Assembly (NCBI GenBank): GCA_030390025.1 | Contig: CM059431.1 | Span: forward strand, 132,000,001 to 132,064,000 | Length of the DNA: 64,000 nt | Reading direction: 5' to 3' | From: Squalus acanthias | Lineage: Eukaryota | Part shown: piece by piece, positions 37,804 to 50,309 of the stretch | Position numbering within the stretch: the stretch's first letter is position 1 | Layout: every line of letters starts with the position of its first letter | Made by a program: the position numbers and the translations under genes | Notes under the pieces: model-generated | The model's input: only the letters and a program-made list of their open reading frames with translations | Told to the model about the DNA's origin: nothing | Databases searched by the model: none

Positions 37804-37914
37804 TTGATTTGAAATCAGATCCTGCTTTTATGCTTGTTTATTTTGATAGACTATGGTGTGAATTTAAACATGATTATCATGCCTTTTGAAATCCCTTCAC
37901 TTAACAGATGCCTC

Positions 37915-38062
37915 AGATAACCAATAAGGAATTCAGGAGAAACTTCTTTTCTCATAGAAAGGTTAGAATTTTGGAACTCACTACCACATGGAGTGGTTGA
38001 GGTAAATAGCATAGATGCATTTCAGGGGAAGCTAGATAAGTACATGAAGGAGAAAGGAATAA
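37915..38062 (+). mobile_element. Old CR1 3' fragment
   Basis: FRRNFFS..WNSLPHGVVEVNSIDAFQGKLDKYMKEKGI. Confidence 0.75.
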
Positions 38063-38079
38063 CTGCTTGGACTAGCCTT

Positions 38080-38360
38080 TATAGAATCATAGAATCTTAC
38101 ATTATAAAAGGAGGTCATTCGGCCCGTCATGCCTGTGTTTGTTCTTTGAAAGAGCTGTCCAATTCAGTCCCACACACCAGCTTTTTCCCCATATCCCTGC
38201 AAATTAGTTCTCTTCAAGTACATGCCCAGTTGCCTTTTGAAAGCTCCTGTGGGAAATCTGATTCCATCAGCCTTTCAGGTAGTGCAATCCAGCTCATAAC
38301 AACCCTCTGTGCGAAAAAAATTCTCCTCATTTCCCGTCTCGTTCTTTTGCCAATTATCTT
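38080..38360 (-). mobile_element. Old CR1 3' end (probably the same element as 39621-40840)
   Basis: CATAGAAT tail and 3' UTR, then reverse-strand RRIFFAQRVVMSWIALPE. Confidence 0.75.
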
Positions 38361-39620
38361 AGAATCATAGAATCATAGAAGATAGGAGCAGGAGTAGGCC
38401 ATTCGGCCCCTCTAGCCTGCTCCGCCATTCAATGCGATCATGGCTGATCATCCAAATTCAGTACCCTGTCCCTGCTTTCTCCCCATATCCCTTGATCCCT
38501 TTAGCCTTAAGAAATATATCCAACTCCTTCTTGAATATATTTAATGAATTGGCCTCAACTGCCTTCTCTGGTAGAGAATTCCACAGGTTCACCACTCTCT
38601 GGGTGAAGAAATTCCTCCTCATTTCTGTCCTAAATGGCTTACCCCTTATCCTTAGACTGTGACCTCTGGTTCTGGACTCCCCCGCCATCAGGAACATCCT
38701 TCCTGCATCTAGTTTGTCCTGTCCTGTCAGAATTTTATAAGTTTCAATGAGATCCCCTCTCATTTTTCTAAACTCCAGCGAGTATAAGCCCAATCGACCC
38801 AATCTCTCTTCATACGTCATTCCTGCCATCCCAGGTATCAGCCTTGTGAATCTTCGCTGAACTCCTTCCATGGCAAGAACATCCTTCCTCAGATAAGGCG
38901 ACCAAAACTGCACACAGTACTCAAGGTGTGGTCTCACCAAGGCCCTGTACAACTGCAGCAAGACATCCCTGTTCCTATACTCAAACCCTCTCGCTATGAA
39001 GGCCAACATACCATTTGCCTTCTTAACCGCCTGCTGCACCTGCATGCTTACCTTCAGCAACTGGTGCACAAGGACACCCAGGTCTCATTGCACTTCCCCT
39101 TCTCCCAATCTATTGCCATTCAGATAATAATCTGCCTTTCTGTTTTTGACACCAAAGTGGATAACCTCGCATTTATCCACGTTATATTGCATCTGCCACG
39201 CTTCTGCCCGATCACCCAACCTGTCCAAATCATCCTGGAGTTTCTCGGCATCCTCCTTGCAGCACACACGCCCACCCAGTTTTGTGTCGTCTGCAAACTT
39301 GGAGATATTACATCTAGTTCCCTTGTCTAGATCATTAATGTATATTGTGAATAGCTGGGGTCCAAGGACCGATCCCTGCAGTACCCCACTAGTCACTGCC
39401 TGCCACTCGGAAAAAGACCCGTTTATTCCAACTCTTTGCTTTCTGTCTGCCAACCAGTTCTCTATCCAAGTCAATACCTTGCCCCCAATCCCATGTGCCT
39501 TAACTTTACACGCTAATCTCTTATGCGGGACCTTATCAAAAGCCTTTTGGAAGTCCAAATACACCACATCCACTGGTTCTCCCTTATCTATTTTACCAGT
39601 TACATCCTCAAAAATTTCCA
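38361..39620 (-). mobile_element. Younger CR1/HER1 LINE, 5'-truncated RT
   Basis: ORFs 39085-39621 and 38458-39069: YLDFQKAFD, QGSVLGP, FADD, RPHLEYC; 3' UTR and tail. Confidence 0.95.
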
Positions 39621-39822
39621 TGGCCTCTGGTTACCAACCTACTTTGTAAAGGTTTAGCATGACTTCCTTGTTTTTGTATTTAATGCCCCTATTTACAAAG
39701 CCAAGTATCCCATACGCTTTCTTAACCGCCTTATCAGCTGTCCTGCCACCTTCAAAGATTTGTGAATATGCACCTCCAGCTCCCTTTGCTCTTGCACCCC
39801 TTTCAAAATAGTACCATTTATA

Positions 39823-40403
39823 TTATTACAAAAGCAAAATACTGCGGATGCTGGAAATCTGAAATAAAAACAGAAAATACTGGAAATACTCAGCAGGTCA
39901 GGCAGCATCTGTAGAGAGAAAAACAGAGTTAACGTTTCAGGTCGATGACCCTTCGTCAGAACTGGAAAAAGTTGGAGATGTAACAGATTTTTAAATAAGT
40001 GGAGGGGCAGGGAGAGGGGGGAGGGGAGGAAAGAACAAAAGGGAAGGTCTGTGATAGGATGGAAGGCAGGAGAGATTAAGAGACAAAAGAGATGATGGTG
40101 CAAGGCAAAAGGAGATGGTAATGGGACAAGTTAAGAAACAAAAGATGACTCTAGATGAAGTGCAAATGGCACTGGCAGAATGAAAGACAGCTGCCATGTG
40201 AGAGAGAGAAAAAAAATGATAGGGGCAGAGGTTATGGTCTGAAATTGTTGAACTCAATGTTGAGTCCAGAAGGCTGTAAAGTGCCTATTCGAAAGATGAG
40301 GTGCTGTTCCTCGCGCTTACGTTGAGCTTCATTGGAACAGTGTAAGAGGCCGAGGACGGAGAGGCCAGAGTGGGAGTGGAGCGGAGAATTAAAGTGACAG
40401 GCA
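39823..40403 (-). mobile_element. Penelope-like element 3' fragment (GIY-YIG C-terminus plus terminal repeat)
   Basis: Minus strand VACHFNSPLHSHSGLSVLGLLHCSNEAQRKREEQHLIFRIGTLQPSGLNIEFNNFRP*; terminal CAGCATCCGCAGTATTTTGCTTT; flanked by the direct repeat ACCATTTATA (39813-22 / 40404-13). Confidence 0.88.
39927..39963 (-). ncRNA. Minimal type-I hammerhead ribozyme motif
   Basis: Minus strand AGUU-CUGACGA-AGGGUCAUCGACCU-GAAA-CG-UU-AACU: CUGANGA and GAAA cores, helix II hairpin, helix I AGUU/AACU, rudimentary palindromic helix III. Confidence 0.8.
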
Positions 40404-41754
40404 ACCATTTATAATATACTGCCTCTCCATGTTGTTTCTCCTAAAGTGTATCACTTCACACATATCTGTATTAAATTGTATCTGGCATGTGTCTTCCCAT
40501 TTCACCAGTCTCTCTATGTCCTTGTGAAGTTTGCTCCTATCCTCCTCACTGTTTACTACGTTGCCAAGTTTTGTATCATCTGCAAACTTTAAAATTGTAC
40601 TCCCTATACCCAAGTGCAGGTCATTTATATAACAAGAAAAGCAATGGTCCTAATACCGACCCCTGGGGGACTCCATTGTATACTTCTCTCCAGTCGGATA
40701 AACATCTGTTCACCACTACTCTCTGCCTCCTATCCCTCAGCAAATTATGTACCCAAGTTACCGCAGTCCTTTTAATACCATGTGCTTCTATTTTCAGAAT
40801 AAGTCTGCTATGTGGTACTTTATCAATGCCTTTTGAAAGTAAGGATTGAATTTTCAAAGGTTTGTTGGAACTTTCAATGCTGGTTGGGAAGTTTGATTAT
40901 TTTTAGCTTAGTACATAGTTTCATCTGCATTTTCGTTGGCGCATTAGTTATATATGCCTTATTGTTTTACATTGCAGGACTTCTACTTACCACTCTTTTT
41001 ATTACAGCAGCCTTGCTTGCAGTTACAATTTTACTTGCAGCAACCAAAATTGGTGGCCTTATCTGAATGGTAGCCATTCTTTAGGCCTCTGACCCCGATA
41101 TGGCTAGTTCCTCCTTGTAGTTGAGCGTTTTAATCAACATCAATGAATAGCTGAGTTTGAGTCTATTAAGATACGCTGGGGTTTCAGTGAGATAATGCAC
41201 TCCCTGCCTATTTCACGCTGAAAGTAAATGTTCACTAAGATGTGTCAGCATTTGCTGGCAAAGCTCAGTCGTTCCCGCACTATCTCTTGGTCCTGTTCTG
41301 AGATTGCCCCAGAAGTTCCTAGATTTTCTTTTGTGCTTGTGTGGAGCTTGTGTACATGTATGATCACAGGGGTCCCATGGTGGCTCATGATTGGCATCTA
41401 GCGGCAGGTATGAAAATGAAAAATAATTCTTCATGTTATACTATAATTCTCATAGAATCCAACTGTTCGTTTCCTGCTGACAGTGTTTGGAAAATTATGC
41501 CAATGTGTGCTATCAAAAATGACATGGCTTCCATATTGGCTTGTCATGAAGTGGCGGCCAATGGTGTACAATTTACATGATCAGTCTTCGCAATCTATCT
41601 CTTTCAGGGGGAGATATGCTGCCGACACTAATAACGTAAATTGTATTGGAGAGACTGAGTGCTGTAAAATGTATCAAGAGAAGATGTGCAACAGAGATTG
41701 ATGGAAAATATACAAGAAAGAGTGAAGTACAAAGTATAATCAGGGAGGTGACAC

Positions 41755-41956
41755 ATAGATAACGACTATAGGGTCAGGGCCCTGTGGGTGGCAGAGCGGG
41801 CCCAGGGGCTGAGTGGCCGGGTCCTGCTCCTACTTCTTGTGTTCTTTAGATTTGAGGTTAGGATCAGATCAGCCATGATCTTATTGAATGCGGAGCAGGC
41901 TCGAGGGGCCGATTGGCCTACTCCTGCTCCTATTTCTTATGTTCTTATGTTCTTAT
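41755..41956 (+). mobile_element. Short CR1-type 3' tail, apparently doubled
   Basis: Two successive CCTGCTCCTA.TTCTT tail modules; ends in (TTCTTATG)n. Confidence 0.7.
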
Positions 41957-42134
41957 AAGCATTTGACAATTGCTGTAGACAAAGGAGAAGTGAAAATGAC
42001 AATACTCTTGCAGAACAGTGTCAGAAACCACTGACTCATCTTGGAGCTGCTGATGGCTATGATGCTGTTTGGGGCATTCAAGAATGCAGTTATGGTTTCT
42101 ATCTACAAAAAGAGGGCTCTTAGTGAGCCATGTC

Positions 42135-42581
42135 AGCCGTGGCTCAGTGGGTAGCACTCTCGCCTCCGAGTCAGAAGGTTGTGGGTTCAAGTCCTACTCC
42201 AGAGACTTGGGCTGACACACCAATGCAGTACTGAGGGAGTGCTGCACTGTCAGAGGTGCTGACTTTTGGATGAAACATTAAACCGAGGCCCCATCAGCCC
42301 TCTCAGGTGGACGTAAAAGATCCCATGGCACTATTTCGAAGACGAGCAGGGGAGTTACCCCAGTGTCCTGGCCAATATTTATCCCTCAATCAGCATAACA
42401 TAAAAAACAGATTATCTGGTCATTATCACATTGCTGTTTGTGTGAGCTTGCTGTGTGCAATTGGCTGCCGCGTTTCCTACATTACAACAGGAACTAAACT
42501 CCAAAAGTACTTCATTGGCTGTAAAACCCTTTGGGATGTCCTGAGGACATGAAAGGCGCTATATAAATGCAAATCTTTCTT
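42135..42581 (+). mobile_element. Full-length SacSINE1-like DeuSINE
   Basis: A box TGGCTCAGTGG (42140), B box GGTTCAAGTCC (42184), Deu-like core (AAAAGATCCCATGGCACTATTT), L2-like tail GGCGCTATATAAATGCAA. Confidence 0.88.
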
Positions 42582-42984
42582 ATTTTTCTGAAAACTACTG
42601 ATATCAGTGCTTCTTAACGTGGTCTTCAAATAGTCAATACATATATATATTGGATGCTTTGGAGGTCCACAGAGTAATCACATAAGAGCTAATTGCATCC
42701 TCTGTGTTGATGTTTGCAAACTTTGGTAAGAGGATGCACAGGCTACAGACTGCTTTTCTATGCCTCGGATGACAGAAAAGAGATGAATGTTAAATTGCTG
42801 GCTTCCTGACATGTCTTCAAACAGAGCTTACATTGCAAGATTCTGTGTGTAATGTTTTTGTGATTCTGTGTATGCCTGTGTGCAAGTGAGTAAGAAGGAG
42901 AACAAGACATAAGAGCAGGTTAAGAGCTGGTAGTAGGCCTCAACTTGGGGTAGATCTGCTACTTTATCTTTCCCTCATCCATCC

Positions 42985-44408
42985 ATAACAACAGCAACAA
43001 CAACAATAACTTGTATTTATATAGCGCCTTTAACGTAGTAAAACGTTCCAAGGTGCTTCACAGGAATGTTATAAGACAAAGAAATTTGACACTGAGCCAC
43101 ATAAGGAGAAATTAGGGCAAATGACCAAAAGCTTGGTCAAAGAGGTAGGTTTTAAGGAGCATCTTAAAGGTGGAAAGAGAGGTAGAGAGGCGGAGAGGTT
43201 TAGGGCGGGAATTCCAGAGCTTCGGGCCTTAGCAACTGAGGGCACGGCCACCAATGGTTGAGCGATTATAATAAGGGATGCTCAAGAGGGCAGAATTAGA
43301 GGAGCGCAGATATCTTGGGGGTTGTGGGGCTGAGGAGACTACAGAGATAGGGAGGGGTGAGGCGTGGAGGGATTTGAAAACAAGGATAAGCATTTTGAAA
43401 TCGAGGCATTGCTTAACCGGGAGCCAATGTAGGTCAGCGAGCACAGGGGTGATGGGTGAACGGGACTTGGTGTGAGTTAGGACACGGGCAGCCGAGTTTT
43501 GGATGTCCTCAAGTTTACGTAGGGTAGAACGTTGGAGGCCAACCAGGAGTGCGTTGGAATAGTCAAGTCTAGAAGGAACAATGGCATGGATGAGGGTTTC
43601 AGCAGTGGATGGGCTGAGGCAGGGGCGGAGTCGGGCGATGTTACAGAGGTGGAAATAGGCGGTCTTAGTTATGCTGCGGATATGTGGTCCGAAGCTCATT
43701 TCAGGGTCAAATATGACACCAAGGTTGTGAACAGTGTGGTGCAGCCTCAGACAGATGCTAGGGAGAGGGATGGAGTCGGTGGCTAGGGAACGGAGTTTGT
43801 GGCGGGTACCGAACAATGGCTTCGGTCTTCCCAATATTTAATTGGAGAAAATTTCTGCTCATCCAGAACTGGATGTCAGACAAGCAGTCTGAAAATTTAG
43901 AGATAGTGGAGGTAGAGCTGGGTGTCGTCAATGTACATGTGGAAACTGATGCTGTGTTTTCGGATGATGTCGCCAAGGGGCAGCATGTAGATGAGAAATA
44001 CGAGGGGGCCAAGGATAGATCATTGGAGGACACCAGAGGTAACGATACGGGAGCGGGAAGAGAAGCCATTGCAGGTGATTCTCTGGCTATGATTAGATAG
44101 TTAAGAATGGAACCAGGCGAGTGCAGTCCCACCCAGCTAGACGACGGTGGAGAAGCGTTGGAGGAGGATGGAGTGGTCACCCTGTGTCAAAGGCTGCAGA
44201 CAAGTCAAGAAGGACAAGGAGGGATAGTTTACCTTTGTCACAGTCACAAAGGATGTCATTTGATTGGAGGGATTCAAACATGGAGTTGCGAGAAAGATGG
44301 GCACGGATTTGGGAGGCGACAACACGTTCAACGACTTTGGAAAGGAAAGGGAGGTTGGAGATGGGGCGGTTGTTTGCAAGGATGGAGGGGTCAAGGGTTG
44401 TTTTTTTG
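42985..44408 (-). mobile_element. L2-clade LINE, truncated and degenerate RT with 3' tail
   Basis: RPISNLPFLSKVVERVV, LLDLSAAFDT, FLQLNIGKTE, SRLDYSNALL, LHWLPV; (TTG)n tail. Confidence 0.92.
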
Positions 44409-45392
44409 TTATATACTCTTATATGCCAGGATGGTAAGAGTAGCCTCCTGCAAGGAAATGAAAGGCGTCTGATTTGTGAGCCTTTATCCAGTCGAGACCT
44501 GTTGCCCCTTCTCGTGTCAGCAGAAAAGTAGACTTGAGATGTAAAATGAAGGTGCATGTGCACAGTGGCAGATATGTGCCTAACCTTTAGTCCAATCTAT
44601 GTGATTAGATCACCCCTCAATCTTCTAAACTCAAGGAATACAAACCAAGTTTATGCAGCGTCCTCATAATTTAACCCTTTAGCCCTGGTATCATAACATG
44701 TTACTTGGCATCAAAAGAAGCTTTTAACAGATGTTCTACAAGCATCATTTGCTTTACTTTATTATGACTTTTATTGTAGGTATTTTATCTGAACCATTTA
44801 ATCTTGGTGACTTCCTGTTATCAATAATCAGCATCAAAGCTTGTTGCTAAGGCAGAAAAATATTTCTAGCTCCAGAAAACACAGGAAAAAAAATGGAAGT
44901 AAAGAAAACGGGTTACATTTGCAGCTCGATGCTTTCTGTTTATTGGCCTTTGCGGGCCAGTGTGCACATTTCTGCTCACTTTGTGCAAACAATGAACAAT
45001 TTCCAAAATTATTTCCATTCGTTCTCTTTTCCAGGAGAGTGTATTTTTTTGTGAGATTGCCTCACTTTTTTGTTTTTTAAGTATCAGATTCACACCATGT
45101 AGAGTTGAAAAAAATGGTCCCTTGTCTTTTGCGAAACACAAAGCTCATTATTGTTTTACTCCCTGCATGGAGTGCAGTGCTATCCATTGTAGAAGCCAAG
45201 TTATTGCGCGGTCTTGTAAGCAGAAAGCCCTTCATGAAATGGAATTAATTGGTGTGAATTGATTAGCCCTGTTCGAGATCAGCAGGAGCGCTTCTCTCTG
45301 ATGTCAGCTGACTCATCACTTCATGCAGCCTTTCCTCACAGAAAACATCAGTTGATGGCAAGGAAATTAATTTTCTTTTTTTAATTCAATAG

Positions 45393-45689
<297 letters not shown>

Positions 45690-46179
45690 TGAAGTCAATG
45701 GAAAGTAAAACCGCGCAGGCTGTAAAATGGGCATCCAATCCAAACACGTCAGTTTCCCGCCAGCGGATTAGGTGGGAAATGCTCCCTCCAGTCATTGACC
45801 TGGAACCTGAAATTTACTGATTTCTAATTTGCCGGAAGAATTTGCATGGGGCAACAATCACCTGGATTGCACAGGGAGTACCTGAGTAGTGCTTTTAGAA
45901 GGACAGTCCATGTTCCAGACCTCAGACTACCTGTGAACAATGTTACAGGAGATTCTCTAGTAAATACATAAAATATTCGGAGGTGATTATGGTTTGAAAA
46001 TTTTGGGGTTGTGGAACCCAGTTGGTTAACTTAAGTCTTTGAGATAACTTAATATAAAAATGAAAGCAATTGTGTGATTCAATCATTAACACGTTCCCCG
46101 CGTTTTACCCTGTTTTCACTGCCCAGTTGACAAGAAAAGTGCTGCTGTCTCAAAAAAAAATCATAAAATTTTACAGTAC

Positions 46180-48435
46180 AGCATCGTATCATAAGATTTA
46201 GATTAGCAATGGAGAGGAGCAAGGAACAATCTAGAGTGGAACTTCTAAACTGGAATAGGGCTAACTTCAATGGGATGCGAAAGGATCTAGCCAGGATAAA
46301 ATGGAACCAAAGACTGACAGGAAAAACTGTAACAGAACAGTGGGTGATCTTTAAGGAGGAGATGTTCCAAGAACAGGCTAGGTACATTCCAACAAGAGGG
46401 AAGGGTAAAGGAACCAAAGCAAGGGCTCCTTGGATGACGAGGGAGATTGAGAAGATGATGAAACAAAAAAAGAGGGTGTATGATGAATGTCCGGTGAATT
46501 CTTCAAGGGAGAACCAGACCAAATACAATAAGTTGAGAGGGGAAGTGAAGATGAAAATAAGATTGGCAAAGAGAGAATATGAGAGTAGAATGGTGGTTAA
46601 CATAAAAGGGAACCCAAAAATCTTCTACCGGCATGTAAACAGTAAGCGGGTAGTAAGAGGCGGGGTGGGGCCTATTAGGGACAAAGAAGGTGATATATGC
46701 TTTGAGGCGCAGGGCAAGGATAGAATACTCAATGAGTACTTTGTATCGGTGTTTACTAAGGAGGTGGATGCTGAAAAAATATCGGTCGAAGTGGAAAAGG
46801 TAGAAGCAATGGAAGGGGTGAAAATTGATAGACAGGATGTACTAGAAAGGCTGGGTATGCTTAGAGTGGATAAGTCGCCTGGTCCAGATGGCTTGCATCC
46901 CAGGTTGCTAAGCGAATTGAGGGAGGAGATAGCAGAAGGGCTTGCCATAATTTTCCAATCTTCCCTAGTTGTGGGAGAGGTGCCTGAGGATTGGAAAGTG
47001 GCAAATGTGACACCATTGTTCAAGAAAGGGTGCAAGGACAATCCTAGTAACTACAGGCCGGTCAGTTTAACATCAGTGGTGGGTAAAGTTTTAGAAACAA
47101 TAATCAAGGAAAAAATTAACAGGCACTTGGAGAGGTTTAAGCTAATTAAGGAGAGCCACCACGGATTTGTAAAAGGCAGATCGTGTTTGACTAATATAAT
47201 TGAATTTTTTGATGAAGTAACAGAGAGGATTGATGAAGGGAATGCAATGGATGTTGTCTACATGGATTTTTGGAAGGCGTTTGACAAAGTACCAAATAGA
47301 AGGCTGGTTAACAAAATTGAGGCTCATAGAATAGGTGGGTCAGTGGCAGCTTGGATAAGGAATTGGCTTAAGGACAGAAAACAGCGAGTTGTGGTAAATG
47401 GCTGTTTTTCAGACTGGAGGATAGTAGACAGTGGTGTTCCCCAAGGGTCAGTGCTGGGGCCACTGCTTTTTTTGATATATATAAATGACCTGGATATTGG
47501 AATACAGAGTATAATTTCTAAATTTGCTGATGACACCAAACTTGGGGGGGTGGCAAACAGTGAAGATGATACCAATCGACTGCAACAGGACATAGAAAGG
47601 CTAGCAGAATGGGCAGACAAATGGCAGATGGAATTTAATACAGAGAAGTGTGAGGTGATGCATTTTGGCAGAAGTAACAGGGAGAGGCAATATACACTTA
47701 ATGGCACAGTTTTAAAGAGTGTGCAGGGACAGAGGGACCTGGGAGTTAATGTGCATAGGTCCCTGAAGGTGGCGGGACATATTGAGAGAGTGGTTAACAA
47801 AGCATATGGGATCTTGGGTTTCATAAATAGAGGTATTGAGTACAAAAGTAGAGAAGTTATGCTGAACCTTTATAAAGCGCTGGTTAGGCCACAACTGGAG
47901 TATTGCGTCCAGTTCTGGTCACCACATTTTAGGAAGGATGTGAAGGCACTTGAGAGGGTGCAGAGGAGATTTACCAGAATGGTTCCGGGGATGGGGAATC
48001 TTAGCTACAAGGACAGGTTGGAGAATCTGGCTTTGTTTTCACTAGAGCAAAGGAGGTTGTGGGGTAGTTTGATAGAGGTGTACAAGATTATGACGGGTTT
48101 GGATAGGCTAGACGGGGAAAGGCTGTTCCCACTAGTTGATGGTACAAGGACTAGGGGACACAGATTTAAGGTTTTGGGCAAGAGATACAGGGGGGACGTG
48201 AGGAAAACTTTTTTATGCAGCGAGTCGTGAGGACCTGGAACTCGCTGCCGACGGAAGTGGTGGAAGCGGAGACACTCAATGTTTTCGAGGGGAGACTGGA
48301 TAGGCACTTGAGGGAAATAAACTTGCAGGGCTACGGGGATAGAGCAGGGGAATGGGACTGACTGGATTGCTCTACAGAGAGCCGGCACGGACTCGATGGG
48401 CCCAATCGCCTCCTTCTGTGGCTTTATGACTCTAT
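46180..48435 (+). mobile_element. CR1/HER1 LINE, 5'-truncated, with a long open RT frame (673 aa)
   Basis: KSPGPDG, NYRPVSLTS, GVPQGSVLGP, FADD, RPQLEYC; frameshift near 48205; 3' UTR and tail. Confidence 0.95.
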
Positions 48436-49329
48436 GGGGTAAAAATTCACTTGGTTGCGCCACCCGTTAGCGCCTTAAGAGGGCGCTAATGGGGCGCAAA
48501 GCCGCTAACGCCCGGGCGCAGCGATGTTTGCGCCGCTCGAGAACTTAACTTGAGATTGTGCGGCGGCGCTAAAACTTACCGCTGCGACCAACTGCGCGCG
48601 CAGATTGTGACGTCATTCCATGGTGCAACGCCCTTGGGGCGCCCCGTAGCGGAAATTGAGTGGCGCCCCCTGCCTTACCGCCTGGCGCTTCCAACGACCA
48701 GAAGACTGGAACGCTATCAATCGCTGTGGGGCTGGGGGGGGGCGCTATTTAAAGGGGGCCTCTTCCTGTCTTTTATTGTTGGTGGCATTTTTGAACTACG
48801 CATTCTGAGAGAGAGAGGGAGAGACTTCTGGAGAGATTCAACGTTGTGTGAAGGAGTTTTGGGTACTGAGCAGCACTTTGCAGGTTCATTTTGATTTGCC
48901 ATTCCTTGTATCGATTTAGCAGAGACCGTGGGAGCTGCACTCTGAGCTCTTTGCCTGGTGCTCTCCATTGTTCTTTCCAGCACATTTGATGTGCAAGTCT
49001 CTCCAGGCCGAGATTCAAGGCAGCAATGAACAGGATGTGGATGGAAAGCAAGATTAACCATCCCCTTTAAGAACTGGCCCGTGCCATTGTGTGTGTGTTC
49101 CATTGCTGACTGACATTACATGAGCTTCGCCAGCGCTCCGAGTTAGCGCCTCACTGCTCAGCCTTTGCGCCTTAAGAGAGGTGTGCAGCGCCTGCTTTAG
49201 CGCTCCACTCACCTCCCGGGGCGGTAAAAGTGAAGTTTCCCGTCAGTGCCGATAATTAGCGCCAGGCGCTAATATTTGCGTCCGGACGATATTTGCGCCC
49301 CAAATGGGGCGTGACCTAATTTCTACCCC
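48436..49329. mobile_element. Non-autonomous Harbinger element related to 29070-32636
   Basis: TIRs GGGGTAAAAATT / AATTTCTACCCC; TSD TAT; shared TTCA.TTGGTT start and subterminal TTAGCGCC repeats. Confidence 0.85.
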
Positions 49330-50309
49330 TATGGCTCTGGCACTACCAATTAGCCATTGATGTTACTTGACCTCCATCCCCGATTGTCCAATCCATACTC
49401 CCGCCAAGTGAGATTCCATGCCAAATTCTCCAGTAGCTCTGAGTAATATTGTTCCACTGCTCAGTGCCGTAGATTTTCAGTGTCGACAATTTAATTATAC
49501 TATAAATGTGAAATAATTAAAAATACAGTTTAGTTGCTTTCCTCTTGAGGCTATTGTTTTAAAATAAAATTTGTTTCAAAACAATTATCACTTCAGATCC
49601 TCTGCCTATCCAATCCTACTGGTGTCCATTCTTTCTCTGGGTCTGAGACAGTAACAAACCTGATAATGAGCTGGTCATGTTTGTCCCATATATTGTGCAC
49701 TGCCTGAGGAAAGGAATCAGGCTACAAAAGGTGTGCAAGTGCAGTTGCCACTCCATCAGGCAGCCTGTGAGGAAATATAGAAGCTCTCCTATACTTGTTG
49801 TTACACTTTAATTCCAGTTTGGGTGGCTTTAAAAATATTTATTTGTAGGTGTAGAGTTTCCACTTTGGGCGCACTCGGCGATCGGCACAAATTGCGCCCA
49901 AAATTTTGCTAGTTTTGAGAAGTGTTTTTTTTCCCCAAGTTTCCACTCAAACTCACTGGTGTATCGGCGAGCGTAAAATCTGCCATGAACCAGTGCAACT
50001 GGGCAACGTATTAGAACGTATTTTGTAAACAAAAAATGTGCCGTAAAAAAATGTTCCTTGATATATTTAAGAGTGGTAACTTGGTGACAGGAATGAAGGA
50101 CCCCTCACCAGCGCTATTTAAAGGGATCATGAACTACTCACACATTAGTTGCAGGACTAATTCTTCTAGCTGCTGGTGCAATTGTACATGCTTTTGGAGC
50201 TTTCCTATACTTGGCTAAAGTTTGAATAGTCTACAGGGAGTGGTCTGGCTAGTACTGAAGTATTATTTTGGTCACTTAAAATCTTGCGCTGAAACAAGTT
50301 GCTTGCAGA

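Larger units (their letters stand above)
39621..40840 (-). mobile_element. Old CR1 RT fragment split by a Penelope insertion
   Basis: GVPQGSVLGP (40621-40857), KFADDTKLG (40389-40613), LKGVQEQRELEVHIHKSLKV (39693-39820). Confidence 0.85.
1..45392 (+). other. Inferred large intron upstream of the glypican exon
   Basis: No other host exon recognised; the sequence is repeat-dominated; GPC6 is known for very large introns. Confidence 0.7.

Noticed and set aside
40812..41066. Hydrophobic 84-aa ORF as a membrane protein
   Set aside because: T-rich sequence overlapping a CR1 end, with no recognisable family or splice support.
42135..42200. tRNA gene (also 2960-3031)
   Set aside because: The A/B boxes belong to SINE heads followed by SINE cores and LINE-like tails; no complete cloverleaf.
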